Source of the DNA: Leidyana gryllorum EB-2025a
Lineage: Eukaryota; Protista; Apicomplexa
Reading direction: 5' to 3'
Assembly (NCBI GenBank): GCA_048772705.1
Contig: JBLWGC010000204.1
Span: forward strand, 1 to 64,000
DNA length: 64,000 nt
Shown here: positions 50,427 through 62,510 of the stretch, one piece after another
Position numbering within the stretch: position 1 is the stretch's first letter
Layout of the letters: every line of letters starts with the position of its first letter
Notes under the pieces: model-generated
Told to the model about the DNA's origin: nothing
The model's database searches: none
What the model saw: only the letters and a program-made list of their open reading frames with translations
Position numbers and translations under genes: made by a program

Positions 50427-51637
50427 TCAATCATCGTCTCCCTCGTCATCGTCCCATGACGCTCCCGGTACCTCGCCCTTCTCGCTGGGCGGACGAGGGA
50501 ACGGAGCTTCGGTCAAATTCTCCGTATCCCGCTCATCGCTGACCCCACCACATCCTCCTCCTCCTCCACCACCACTACCACCAGGGGCGACTGTTACGAG
50601 ACCGGGACCACTGTCGTCTAATTCAGCGTCCAATATTCGAGCGTGCTCGGCGAACAAGGCTCTCAATACGTCACCCGTTACCACCGGCACCTTTCTCTGC
50701 GTCAGCTCAGCCATCACCCTCTGTTGGTGGGTCGTCGGAAGAAACTCCACGGGTTCCACACTTACCCGCAGGATGGTTCGCAAGCGACCAGAGGCCTCAG
50801 CGGCACGCTGAACCAACTCAGCAGGCACTTTATCGGCGGCAGCAGCAGCCTCTTCTTCCACAGCAGCATCGAGTATAGTCCACATCTCCTTGAGATCCAC
50901 AGAATCCTCTCCTTCCTCATCACTCGACTGTCCGCTCTCGGGCTCCGTCCGGTACTTTCCAATATGCAATTGATCCAAAGTCACGTGGACGAGCCGAGAA
51001 CGAGATAAGAATACCACAGGTAACGTTTCAGCCTCGAATTGTTCATAAGCTTCATATTGCAGCTGCGTCATTAATATCTGATCACCATCAGATCGATCAA
51101 TGCCCACTCACCTCCCAAACCGGTACATCTGGACGCTCCGCGCTTAGGGCATCCAACTCTATAAGACATTCCTCGTCAATAGTCTCCTGCGGAACATTGC
51201 TTTTTACGTCCGCCCAGGCCTCCTTGAGGGTGCGACAACGTTCGCCGTAGCGCGCGATCACCGCAGGCCACCAAATGGCTGTCGAATTTACTATGTGAGC
51301 TGTGGGCCCTCCATTATCTGAAGATTCTCCTTCTGTATCGTCATCAATTTGTTCGATCCGCTGCACTTCGTACTGCAAACACGTCCGTCTTTCAATCCAT
51401 CTCTGTTGCAACACGTACCCGAACGAATATGCGCTGTCCGACCGTCAAGTCTGTCTCATTTTGTAAGACTGACTCTGCCCACTCCCAGCTCCGCGACTCT
51501 TTCTCCGCTTTCCGACGCTTGAAGGATTGAAGGTACTCAGCCACTGATTTTTTGCTCGGGGAGGCTGGCCGAGGCCGTTTTTTAGTATCGGGCGTAGCCA
51601 TGGGTACTATTTGTGGGTCCGCCCCATCTTGGGTCAT
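50427..51637 (-). CDS. Putative nuclear protein with PWWP-like domain, multi-exon
   Basis: KKRPRP NLS-like; VGQRIFVR...WWPAVI...VVFL pattern across exons. Confidence 0.5.
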
Positions 51638-51660
51638 TGGAGATGACTCAAAAAAAAAAC

Positions 51661-53079
51661 TCAGTCCGACTTGAACCATGGATGACTCAAAGCATCATTC
51701 GCCGATATCCGCTCTGACGGTTCCCACCTCAAACACTTATCCACCAGATCCACCAAATCCATGTCTTGAGTCCCGAGAACAGCTGTCAGTGCAGCTTTCC
51801 GGTCTGGCACCACCCATTGAGGAAACGCCCCCTAATATCAGTACCATATAAATCCCACCACACATTCCTACCTGAAAGTGGGGTAATTGGATTCCTGAAC
51901 TCCACGTGGTCTGGGTCGGGGTTCCCAGCAGCTTAAAGATCTTGAACAGTGTCCCGACCTCGCAGTCACCGGGGAACAAAGCTCTGCCAGTTACCATCTC
52001 CGCCAGAATGCACCCCATCGACCAGATATCTACTCCTTGGCCATATGCGAGGGTACCCAAAAGCAATTCTGGAGGTCGATACCTAACAACGGGGCAGGAG
52101 ATCAACAACACTCTTCCCACCAACACACTCACCAAAGAGTAATCACCTCCGCAGTCAGCATTTGGGTTGAAAGCTTATTGCTCCGAGCCAAACCCAAATC
52201 AGCAATCTTCGCAGTTGCATCCTTCCAATTGTAGAAAATATTGAAAGCCATCGGATTAGCCTCAGCCAAAATCGGTGCAAAGTCGGCCTGCTCAGTGCCA
52301 CCACCACCCCCTCGAGTCATATCTGTGAAAGTCGGGCGCGCAACCTGAGTTAAAGCATCACTTGGAAGGGTCAGCAAAATGTTCTGTGGCTTCATATCCC
52401 GGTGCAACACATTCATTGCATGACAGAAATGCAGTCCACGCAATATTTGACGCATGAACTGCTTCGTCTGCCTCATTGGTAATCCGCGCTCCGCGGTGCA
52501 ACCACATCTTTTGTGGGCGTTCATTACAGTCTTCACATATTGGCGCAGATCCATCAAACAAAACTCAAAGATCAACCACAATTGAATCGTTGGGAACGTT
52601 GTAAAGTAGACATCCTCCAACTTTACAATATTAGTGTGGTGAAGTCCCCGTAATAACAGCATTTCTCGAACGGCTGTGGTAGATACACCTGTCGCTGCCA
52701 ATGTGTCGGAGCCCTCCGTTGTCAATCGAATCTTCTTCAGCGCCACCGGCATACCTGCAATCCATCCAGTCACCACATGTCGTGCAACACGCAAACCGAG
52801 GTCCCAGATCTATCTCTGTTGTACCGCCCCCCACTCACCATCCCCCGATCGGAAAGCTTTGAATACAACACCATAAGTACCCTCTCCGATCTGAGTGAAA
52901 TTTTCAAATCGCTCGAGAATCCATGCTGCTGTTGCTGCAGTATCGATTCCAACGCGTTTTGCGTCAATTCTCGGCGCCACACGACCAGCCGGTATGATGG
53001 GCGGGATTTTGCCAGGCGTTGGCTTCACCTGTCGTCGTGTTCGTCCGAAAATGTTGTATACAAATGAATCCTTAGCCAT
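51661..53079 (-). CDS. Cdc2-related cyclin-dependent kinase, multi-exon
   Basis: IGEGTYGVVFKA, VALKKIRL, GVSTTAVRE, HRDMKPQNILL, ADLGLAR, EVITLW|YRPPE, FPGDCE, RISANDALSHPWF. Confidence 0.93.
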
Positions 53080-53098
53080 ACTGAGCGCCAAAAAATAA

Positions 53099-54634
53099 TC
53101 ACAAACCCTTGAAGCGCTGCACTACTCTTTCGCCCTCTTCTCTGTAGTCTTCAATTGTCACCCACGAATCCCTCTGACTCTCGCGCAGATCGGCAAAGAT
53201 CTTTCCCCCCAGCCAAGCGGCGTAAAGTCTCATTTCGTCAGCCACGACACTGCGCAAATGGCATTTAGATCGAGCAAGAGGATCTCAGATGTTACTCACT
53301 TGAGGATGTTCTGCTTCGCCGGAGGGATAACTTGCAACAGGTCTTCCCGTAACCGCTCACGAAGACCAGCAAAGACAGAGGTCCCGCCAGCGAGCACCAC
53401 GTTCTCCAACAACTTAGTCCTCAGATCAATAGGCGATTTCTGCTCAGTTAGTATCTCCACAGTACTTCGGCCACTGCATTACGCACCTGGAAGCTCTCCA
53501 TAATCAAGTCATAGAGGGGCGCATGATCTTTGTCAATGAGACTGGGGTTGAACAGAGGCTCTGGGCAGTAGAATCGTTCGTGGCCCAATGTCACCTCTCT
53601 GACCGGGAACCAGAATTGATAAGCGTGAGCTCCCCGACAACTTACTTTGATCCATCGCGTAACTGGAAGCCATCGGGGAAGACATATGTCATATCCAAAT
53701 CATTTCGAAGGTCCTCGGCTGCAATCAAACATCACCGGACTCTCGCGACGACTTACACGCGGGGTCCAATGCCACATAGCAATACTGCTCTTTGATCAAC
53801 CGACAATATTCCTGCCACAAACAGATGGATTGGCTGCAGACCGGTGGATACTTACAAAATCATCTCGGGTGGTCAGCGGATGACCATTGTTGCAGAGAAG
53901 CTTCTGGAGGTACATAGTCAATTCTTGGCCTCCGCAATCAACTCGTCGTACAGCTTCTCTGATTGCCTGCCCTGCCAGTCTTTCACCAATCACCAGGGCG
54001 CAAGTACTCACCCTCCACAGCTGGAATGACTTGAGTAACTCCTTCGCCAATCTCGACAGCCACCCCAGTTGTGCGTCCAACTCTGTAGAACACCGATTGT
54101 GCACTCCTCATGCCAAACCCAGCCTGCTTACGCATAGAGTGACAAGACGCCCTGCACAGCCAAGCAGACCTCCGATGCGCTGTAGATTTCGAACATTGTC
54201 TCTATCATGCGCTGTTGGTGCAGTTCCGATGCCAAAGGCGGCTGGGTGATCAACACAGGCCGCATTTCCGGGTTCATGCCATGATTCTCTTGAAATGCGT
54301 GATTCCACACCTCATCCATCTGCAGAACGACACGTAAGCCGCACACGCATTGAGAGGCATACCATGGCCCAGTCTTCAATGTGTCCGTGGTCAATGGGGT
54401 AGAAGAAACTCAGGTGCTTCCGAGCTTGAACGGCTTCCATACCCGTGAAGCACGGCGAGCCGGGGTACTTATCCTCATATCTGCGTCTAGGTTTGCCAAC
54501 CAGCGACGGAAAAATCAGAGTAGGCTCCGGCTGGTCCGTCAAACCTGGTGACCGTCAAAGATAAGAAGTGATCTCCTACCAGCTTTGATAAATCCGGATC
54601 CGACGTCAACCACTATCGCGTCATTCATGGACAT
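53099..54634 (-). CDS. ALP1: Actin-like protein, apicomplexan ALP1-like, multi-exon
   Basis: IVVDVGSGFIKAG, FPSLVGKPRRR, FYPIDHGHIEDW, PVLITQPP, GVLSLYA, VVLAGGT. Actin family is clear; the ALP1 subfamily call is from recall. Confidence 0.75.
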
Positions 54635-54742
54635 CAGAACGAAAATTATACAAAAGTAACCTATCTCACAGCGCTGGCCCCCTCGCTCGGCCTTCGTTCG
54701 CTACCTTCGCTTTCGATCGGACAAACAGCACACACCCTGCAC

Positions 54743-55889
54743 ATGGCGACTGCAGAGATAACTAATCGCTACAAGGCGCTGGAACAGGATGAGTGGGTCT
54801 TGAATACCAAATCGGACCAGTTGGTGAGTTTTGAGGCTGGCCTCATTATGCTTCATTGACCGGCAGCCTGGTTACGTGTCAGTCCAGCTCAAGGAGGTTT
54901 GGGAGATGTATAAGAAGCAGGAAGCATGCTTCTGGGTGGCGGAAGAAATTGATTTGGCTCAGGATCTGACTGATTGGGACCGGTTGAATGACGATGAGCG
55001 GCATTTCGTGAAGCACGTCCTTGCCTTCTTCGCAGCAAGTGATGGCATAGTTCTTGAAAACTTGGCCGGCCGCTTTCTGCGTGAAGTGAAGGTGCCCGAA
55101 ATTCGTGCCTTTTACGCATTCCAGATCGCAATGGAAAATGTACACAGTGAAACCTATTCGCTACTGATTGACGAGTATATTCGAGGTGATGATATAGAGA
55201 AAATGCGGTAAGGGTGCGTCAGAAGTTTCCCCACATTCACCGATCTTTCAGCCTATTCAAAGCAATTGAGAGCGTCCCAGCCGTAGAGAAGAAAGCCAAA
55301 TGGGCAGTCAAATGGATGAACCATACTAACTCGTTTGCCGAGCGCGTGGTGGCTTTCTGTGCGGTTGAGGGCATTCTCTTCTCAGGAAGCTTCTGTGCGA
55401 TCTTCTGGTTGAAGAAACGTGGCTTGATGCCTGGGTTGACCTTCTCGAATGAGTTGATCAGCCGGGATGAGGGTCTGCACACAGATTTTGGGGTCCTGCT
55501 GTATTCAATGTTGGACCACAAGCTTCCAGATGCGGTTGTGACTCAGATTATTCGGTAAGTGGTTGATGAAATCTCACTACCATCGCATTGTGCTGTGCAG
55601 AGAGGCCTTGGATGTTGAGAGGGAGTTTATTTGCGAAGCACTTCCGGTGGACTTAATTGGGATGAACTCGAGAACCATGGCTCAATATCTGGAGTTTGTT
55701 GCCGATAGACTGCTAGAGTGTCTTGGCTGCACGAAGATATATAACGTTAGCAACCCCTTCGACTGGATGGAACTCATCAGCCTCCAAGGAAAGACTAATT
55801 TCTTTGAGAAACGAGTTGGAGACTACCAGATGGCCGGAGTGATGGCTCAGACGGAGGAGCAAAAGTTCTCCCTCGACGCAGACTTCTAG
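54743..55889 (+). CDS. RNR2: Ribonucleotide reductase small subunit R2, four exons
   Basis: [65 protein letters not shown]; introns of 43, 44 and 46 nt. Confidence 0.97.
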
Positions 55890-56579
55890 GACCTTATCGC
55901 TTTGCTCGAGAGACTGTGGAGTTGCTTATGTTTGTTTGCTAAAGGACTAAGTTATTACAAGACATTCGAAGTGACACGTCTGTTTGGCGGCTGGCCCCTG
56001 TAATATGCACGGGTTATGTATTATTGCTGACCACACAGACAGCAAGTGGCATCGGGGACTTCAATGTACTACACCAACTACTGGCTGATTTGGGGCGTAT
56101 ATTGGCATTGGAAGTATCTTAAATCGTGATCGGAGCCAAAAGGGAGTTTGCATCGCCCAGACGGCCCTGCCCGTTGGGGTTCTTCTAGATCTCTATTGTT
56201 CGTTGACTGTGGTTAGTCAACAGGGGTTAGTAGAAGGTTTCGGTGTGTAAGGTTCTTGAGGGATATGAGGTCACGATCTCCCGCTGCTGAAACTTGAGAG
56301 AGAATGTTTGGATTAGATTTCAAACCAACGACCAGTGCGGTATGTATTACGGGAGCGAGTGTATGGTAACTCTTCTGACTGATTGCACTAGCCTGAGGCG
56401 GTGGTGTGTGGGTGTGGGCGTGGGTAAGGATAGAATGATTCTCTCTCTAGATTGGGTAGAGCTGATGAGGTATGTGGTAGGTTATGAACCTCTCTTGTAG
56501 CGCACGTGCAGCCCAGGTTGTTGCTTTAATGAGTGCGCCAGATCTCTGCGGAATCCATGATGATGTGTTATGTCAGTGA

Positions 56580-59015
56580 TCACTTACTTCGATTCAAATC
56601 ACGGGTGATGTCGGCTTTGGGCCGGTAGCGCCATCCACCGTGGCGGACGGGTGGTTGCGCTGGGATTTGCGTCTGCCTGTCAGTCTTGGCTTTGTTCTTG
56701 TCCGTGGATTCTTGGTCCGGTTCCGTGATGATCCAGGTAGGATCTTGCCATTTACGGGTGAGCTCTTGATCGGTATGATCGACCTTGACGAGATCGAGTT
56801 CGCGCATGATGACTTGGTGTTTCTGCGTCAGCTTGTGAACGGGGAGGTAATGTGTGGCAGGACGTATTTTGCCGCAGTATTCGAAATGTTCGTACAGACT
56901 TGAGAAGAGTGCATGGCGGACGAGAGTGGTTTTATGGCCCACGATGACCAGATGCTTTCGGGCTCGCGTGATGGCAACGTTCAGCCGTGTTTCACTCTTC
57001 AAGAAGCCAATGTAATGGCTGGGATTATTTCGAACGAGATTGATGATAATGACGTCCCTTTCTCCTCCCTGGAAGCCATCAACAGTACTGATAAGGATTT
57101 TGTCGAGGAAGTCTCTGTGGTCATGTTTCAGGGATGATTCTGCCAACTTTCTGAGCAGAAGCACTTGTTTCTTATATGGGCTTATGATTCCGAGATCTTC
57201 AATTTTCGAACTTCTTGAGAGAAGACGAGTTTTGATGTATTTGATAGTGATTATCGCTTCGGCGAGGTTGCAGTAGCTATGCTCTTCCAAATAGCGTAAA
57301 TCGCGTTCGTTGTCTGTGACGAGCTCCTTGAGGTCCGTTTGGCTCCTGGACTCGGGGCAGGCCTCGGTGATGCCGGAAGTGTCGATCCATAGTAGCGGCG
57401 AAATGCCATCGGAGATGCGAGTGTCGCGGACCTTCTTGTGAGCCTTCAGTTCACCGTTATAGAAACGTTCTGAGCTCCACATACTGATGGTCTCATTAGA
57501 CCGGAATTGTACTTTGAGCGTAAAGGCGAGTTCTCTACCGTTCTTCTTCATTAGCTGTTCCATGAGCGATTTGCCGGGTATGTCTTGGTTCCTGGAGGTC
57601 GGCCCCAACTGGAAGTGGTCGCCTGCCATGATAAGGCGGTCTCCTCGACGGATTGGTATCAAACAGTCGACTTCGAGAGACTGGCCGGCTTCGTCGATGA
57701 TGACATAATCGAATTGGTCCTTGATGGCAGAGTCGGCGGCAGAGGAACAGGTTGTGAAGATGGCCTGAGCACTTTTGAAGGTTCGCCTTTTGATGTCGCG
57801 CGATAAGTCTTTCTGACGAGCGCGTAGCTGACACAAAGCGGTGTGGTCGATTTTGATCTCGCCGTCCTCGTCGGCTTCCTCAATGTCACTGTAGTCGTCT
57901 GGTTCACTTTGCTCGGCGGATTCGGCGTCGTCTTCTTGGATTGAGGGGAAAGAAACACGTAGTTTTCGGTTGATGCTCTCGAGTTCTTCCCAAGCGGGAT
58001 CTCGGGTCATTTTGGCAGTGAGGCCGTAGTGGCTGCCTATGGGGCTCGCTTTCTCCAAGTTGCCGACCCGTAGAAGGCGGGGAGTGATGGACTCTGCGAG
58101 CTCCACCACCCTCTCCAACAAGTTGTCGACAGCCACATTCGAGCCGGCGCAAATCAGTAGCCGTTTCTTTGCTTTAATTAGGGCGATGATGGCCACCGCG
58201 AGTGTAGTCGTCTTGCCCGTCCCCGGGGGTCCGTGAAGAATTGCCACTGGGGTTCGGGTGACGAGAAATTTGACCGCGTCTTCTTGGTGTGGATCCAAGC
58301 CAGGCGGGACTCGGATAGTCAGCGGGATGACCTTTGGTCTCGCGTCGGATTTGAATATAAAGTCGAGTAGTGGTGTCGAGCTCAACACCGGGCCGCATAA
58401 ATCTCTCAAGACTTCCTCTCGTCGTTTGTGAGTCACGTCCGACACGCTGACGCCCAGAGTAATGAGCTTATTCTCGAACGTGGCTCTGTGTAGATCGAAT
58501 TCCGATTCGCCAACAGCAATATATATTGACGTTTTGACGATTCTGGCAATGCTGGCCCCACACAAAAACTCTGACTCCTCAAGAGTCGCTCCTTCACTCT
58601 CTATGTGGAGACTGCAAGGATCACCATCAGAATAAGCCAGGAGTCCCATCACCTTCCCATCTTCCTTACGGAATTCCAGAATGATTTTACCATCTTCCCT
58701 CTCCCGATATTTCATCAATTTGAGTCCTTTGATGGCCTGGCCTCGTTTAGCCAAACCATTGGAAGTGATCCCAGTTCGCAGCGCGTCAGTCTCCAACTTC
58801 TCCTCCCTCCGCTCAGCCAAGACGTACTTTCGTTGGCGTTCCGTCCACTCCAAATAACCGTCTTGTCCGCCCTTGCTCGCGGGGTCGAAGAAGACATCGG
58901 TCTTTCGGGTCGCAGATGCTGAATCATCCGGTGTCCCGGTTTCAGTACTCGCGCTATCCGGAGACGACTTGCAGCTCAGCTCCACAGACTCACATCGAAC
59001 TAAATTGAGCGTCAT
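56580..59015 (-). CDS. Upf1-like SF1 helicase (IGHMBP2/Hcs1-like), paralog 1, intronless
   Basis: HGPPGTGKT, SNVAVDNL, IIDEAGQ, GDHFQLGP, QFRS, TVDGFQGGERD, RLNVAITRAR. Confidence 0.93.
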   Translation of the reverse strand: MTLNLVRCESVELSCKSSPDSASTETGTPDDSASATRKTDVFFDPASKGGQDGYLEWTERQRKYVLAERREEKLETDALRTGITSNGLAKRGQAIKGLKLMKYREREDGKIILEFRKEDGKVMGLLAYSDGDPCSLHIESEGATLEESEFLCGASIARIVKTSIYIAVGESEFDLHRATFENKLITLGVSVSDVTHKRREEVLRDLCGPVLSSTPLLDFIFKSDARPKVIPLTIRVPPGLDPHQEDAVKFLVTRTPVAILHGPPGTGKTTTLAVAIIALIKAKKRLLICAGSNVAVDNLLERVVELAESITPRLLRVGNLEKASPIGSHYGLTAKMTRDPAWEELESINRKLRVSFPSIQEDDAESAEQSEPDDYSDIEEADEDGEIKIDHTALCQLRARQKDLSRDIKRRTFKSAQAIFTTCSSAADSAIKDQFDYVIIDEAGQSLEVDCLIPIRRGDRLIMAGDHFQLGPTSRNQDIPGKSLMEQLMKKNGRELAFTLKVQFRSNETISMWSSERFYNGELKAHKKVRDTRISDGISPLLWIDTSGITEACPESRSQTDLKELVTDNERDLRYLEEHSYCNLAEAIITIKYIKTRLLSRSSKIEDLGIISPYKKQVLLLRKLAESSLKHDHRDFLDKILISTVDGFQGGERDVIIINLVRNNPSHYIGFLKSETRLNVAITRARKHLVIVGHKTTLVRHALFSSLYEHFEYCGKIRPATHYLPVHKLTQKHQVIMRELDLVKVDHTDQELTRKWQDPTWIITEPDQESTDKNKAKTDRQTQIPAQPPVRHGGWRYRPKADITRDLNRSK

Positions 59016-59455
59016 CGCTCGCAAGATTTTTAGTTCTAATGTTATGATTCAATGGCTGGTTTGCCAGAAACAGACTTTCGTCAGCCTCAAGCCGCTGATG
59101 CCAAGAAATACAAGTTTGAATAGAGTAGAAATCCCCCTTTATTCACTATCACTCATCCCAAACACCGAACACTGATGAACAAACTCTGCCGACAAGTGAG
59201 TGAACAGAGAAAATCCCAAAATGGTGGCAGACATCAGTGCGCGACAAACAGATGCCTCTCACACGAGATCTCGGCCAAGATAACGTAAGGCTCGCCCCAA
59301 CAACTCTCGTAGTGTCGACACCCAGAGAGACGCTTTATTACTTTGTTCGCCGGGAGTGTTCTCAAAAGGATGATTAGTGAGTGAGTGTTCTGGGGGGTGT
59401 TGAATAAATTTGTTATAAAACACTATAAGGGCTGTGGTTTGAGGGAGTTATAGAG

Positions 59456-62326
59456 TCAATTCTGGAACAAAGGAGGAAAATCTTCGTCATAATCGCCGTT
59501 CTCTAATAATGGATAGTAGAATGACTCTGTTGTGTGGGCTTCGGCGGCCGGCTGATGTGTCAGCTTTTCCAGCCGGGGAAGTCTGAGACGGTCGGAGAGT
59601 TTATTGTGACGCTTTCTCAAGGATGACGGTCTGAGGACAGTGTCACCACTAACGATCCTCCCTTTGTTTCGGACATGATTGAATAAGCTTTTGAACAGAG
59701 TAGAGCGCTTGAAGGTATCCCAGTTCCCAACGATGATCAAATGACGTCGAGCCCTGGTGACAGCTACGTTAAGTCGGTTGGGATCTTTGACAAAGCCCAA
59801 TCGATTGTCCGGGTTAGACCGAACGAGGTTCAATATGATGACATCCTTTTCACCCCCCTGAAACCCGTCGACCGTCGCCACGCGTATTCTGTCGACAAAA
59901 TTATCCTCTCGCAGAGGGACTGAGTCTTTCAAAAGTTCCTGCAGAAGAGACACCTGCTTTTTGTACGGACTGATGATTCCAATGTCCCCAATTGACGACC
60001 TCAGTGGCAACAGCGTCCTGGCAATGTACTCCACTGTCAGGATAGCCTCTCCCACATTGCACAAACTATGTTCCTTCAAAGCTTCAACTTCTGCTGCATC
60101 ACTGGTCAAAAGTTCCGATTGATCTGTCGCGCCTCGGAGCTCCGGACAATTCGCCGCCATTGTATTGATCCATTGGAGGGTGGGCAACTCCTTTGTCGCC
60201 TGGGTGCTCTCAACCGAGTCGTGCGCTTGAACTCGACTCTCATAGAACCGATGAGAGCTCCAGTCGCTGATTTTGTTGTTCGATCGGAACTGAATTTCTA
60301 ACATTGTTGAGAGCCCTCTCGATGGGTCTCGCATCAAATGTTCCATCAACGTGCTTCCTCCGACTTCGTTGTTGCGCACAGTTGGACCCAACTGCTGATG
60401 GTCGCCTGCCAGAATGAGTCTTTTGCCCAATCTGGCGGCGCCCAAAGCGTCAATCTCCAAACACTGTGCAGCCTCATCAATTATAACGTAATCAAATGTG
60501 CACTGCTCCAATATTGCACCCGAGGCCAAGCTACACGTGGTAAAGATCGCTCGCGCCTTCCTGATTGTATCGGCGGTTATTTGAGACTTTAAACGCCGTT
60601 CTTGGTGTGTCAACTCCGCGTAGGTCAGTACCGACACGGGATAAGCTCCCTCATCGGACTCGTACAAAGAGAAGTCAGAATCACTGTCGCTCTCCGAGGA
60701 GGAGTCAACACCAAAACTTTCGCCGGACTCGATCTCCTCCGAGTCATCAATCGCACTCTCACTCTCCGCCGGCGGTTCAGTGGCACCCAGCAGCCGTCCA
60801 ATTGCCTCTTTTTCTTTTCTCAGTCGGGATTCGACCACTTTTCTCCAGTGGCGATATCTATCATGTCTCTGTTCCATTGTTGAAAGCAGGACGGATTGGA
60901 CGCCTTCACTGGCCTTATCGGCACCCGCAATACGGAGAACCCATTTCTTCTTGACCTCTTGGAGCTGCATTACCGTCTCGAGCAGATTATCGACAGCAAC
61001 GTTCGAACCCGCGCAGATCAACAGTTTGCGCTGAGGCGAGTCTTTGATAAGGGACAATATCAAAGCTGCCAGAGTCGTAGTCTTGCCCGTGCCTGGAGGT
61101 CCGTGAAGAATAGACACCGGGCTTCGCGTGAGCAAAAACTTGATAGCATCCGTTTGACCGGAATGGAGACCGTCGGGGATATCAGCAACGGGAGTCGCGA
61201 GGACGTCGGCCTTTCTCCTCGATCTCAGACAAAACTCTATAAGCGGGGCCGACGGCAGTTTGGTGTCCTCCAGACTTTTCAATATCTTTTTCCGTCGGTC
61301 ATTACACGTGTTGGCAGTACTCCCTCCGATCGCCACAGTACCTTTCGCTATCTTTTGCTGCTCTCTTCTGACAATTCGCGTATCCACCGTCACACAGACG
61401 GTCGACTGTGAAATTCGATGGATCACTCCCGTTCCGATCTGCTCCAGTTGGCCCAATGCCTTGGATGAACCAGACGCGGTGTCCTCGAGGTACAAACTGC
61501 ACAAATCTCCCTTCTTGAACAAAGATATGGGCATTCCGTGCCCCATTGTGGTAAACTCTAATATACAAATACCGGAATGCGCACCGGCCTTCTGGCTGAG
61601 GTATGTAAGACCTGTCAGAGCCTGACCTCTTCGCGCTAAACCTGCAGCAGTGATCTTTGTCCGCAGAGACACAGACTCTTGTCCATCGAAGCTCAGCTCA
61701 GCATTGATTAGTTCTTCTTGATGCTGCTTCCACTCCTCATATTCACTCTCGATGCTTTTCGGCTTCACTTCTTCCTTTACAGCGACGTCAGCAGCGGTCT
61801 TTGAGACTGAAGAGGCAGCTGCTACAGCAGCGGTCTTTGAGAGTGAAGAGGCAGCTGCAGCCGTCTTCCATACTGAAGGGACCTTAGCAACGGCTTTTTC
61901 GGCGGCTGGAGCAGCTGTAGGGGCTGTCTTCCATTCTGAGACTCCCGCCATCTTTGAGAGTGCAGACCCTGTCTTCTGCCGCACTGACGACGATCCGGCA
62001 GTTGTGCCAGGCTTCGAGACTGGAGAGACCACAACGGCGGTCTTCCACACTGAGGAAAGACCAGCAGCGGCAGTCTCTGCGGCTGGAGGGACCACAGCGG
62101 CTGTCTTCCATATAGAAGAAGTAACAACAGCGGCAGTCTCTGCAACTGGAGGGACCACAGCGTTAGTCTTCCACACTGAGGAGATGCCAGTGACAGCCCT
62201 CGGGACTGGAGGGACCACAGCAGCAGGTCTGGCTGGTGGCTTCCAACAGCTCCGATCAGTCTGCTTCGATATGTGTGCAGAACCACCGAGGCGATCGGGG
62301 CCGATCAATGGGGGGAAGTCATCCAT
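59456..62326 (-). CDS. Upf1-like SF1 helicase, paralog 2, with N-terminal peptide repeats
   Basis: Same seven motifs; N-terminal SSVWKTAAVV-type repeats. Confidence 0.93.
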   Translation of the reverse strand: MDDFPPLIGPDRLGGSAHISKQTDRSCWKPPARPAAVVPPVPRAVTGISSVWKTNAVVPPVAETAAVVTSSIWKTAAVVPPAAETAAAGLSSVWKTAVVVSPVSKPGTTAGSSSVRQKTGSALSKMAGVSEWKTAPTAAPAAEKAVAKVPSVWKTAAAASSLSKTAAVAAASSVSKTAADVAVKEEVKPKSIESEYEEWKQHQEELINAELSFDGQESVSLRTKITAAGLARRGQALTGLTYLSQKAGAHSGICILEFTTMGHGMPISLFKKGDLCSLYLEDTASGSSKALGQLEQIGTGVIHRISQSTVCVTVDTRIVRREQQKIAKGTVAIGGSTANTCNDRRKKILKSLEDTKLPSAPLIEFCLRSRRKADVLATPVADIPDGLHSGQTDAIKFLLTRSPVSILHGPPGTGKTTTLAALILSLIKDSPQRKLLICAGSNVAVDNLLETVMQLQEVKKKWVLRIAGADKASEGVQSVLLSTMEQRHDRYRHWRKVVESRLRKEKEAIGRLLGATEPPAESESAIDDSEEIESGESFGVDSSSESDSDSDFSLYESDEGAYPVSVLTYAELTHQERRLKSQITADTIRKARAIFTTCSLASGAILEQCTFDYVIIDEAAQCLEIDALGAARLGKRLILAGDHQQLGPTVRNNEVGGSTLMEHLMRDPSRGLSTMLEIQFRSNNKISDWSSHRFYESRVQAHDSVESTQATKELPTLQWINTMAANCPELRGATDQSELLTSDAAEVEALKEHSLCNVGEAILTVEYIARTLLPLRSSIGDIGIISPYKKQVSLLQELLKDSVPLREDNFVDRIRVATVDGFQGGEKDVIILNLVRSNPDNRLGFVKDPNRLNVAVTRARRHLIIVGNWDTFKRSTLFKSLFNHVRNKGRIVSGDTVLRPSSLRKRHNKLSDRLRLPRLEKLTHQPAAEAHTTESFYYPLLENGDYDEDFPPLFQN
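61780..62225 (-). repeat. Coding ~60-bp degenerate tandem repeat in helicase 2
   Basis: GTCTTCCA...GGAGGGACCACAG units recur; they encode SSVWKT.AVVPP. Confidence 0.8.
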
Positions 62327-62510
62327 TCTCGGGGTTCAAATCAAACAACGGGATCGTCAACCACCCAAAAACTGTAATAAACACGAGCCGAACCGTACAT
62401 AAAATAGCAATCATGTGAACTCAACTTATCGCTCAGATCGTTTATGAGATCGCAATCAGCCATAACGGCTTTGGAATCTCTCGCTGACCACATACTTTCA
62501 ACCTTCGCTA

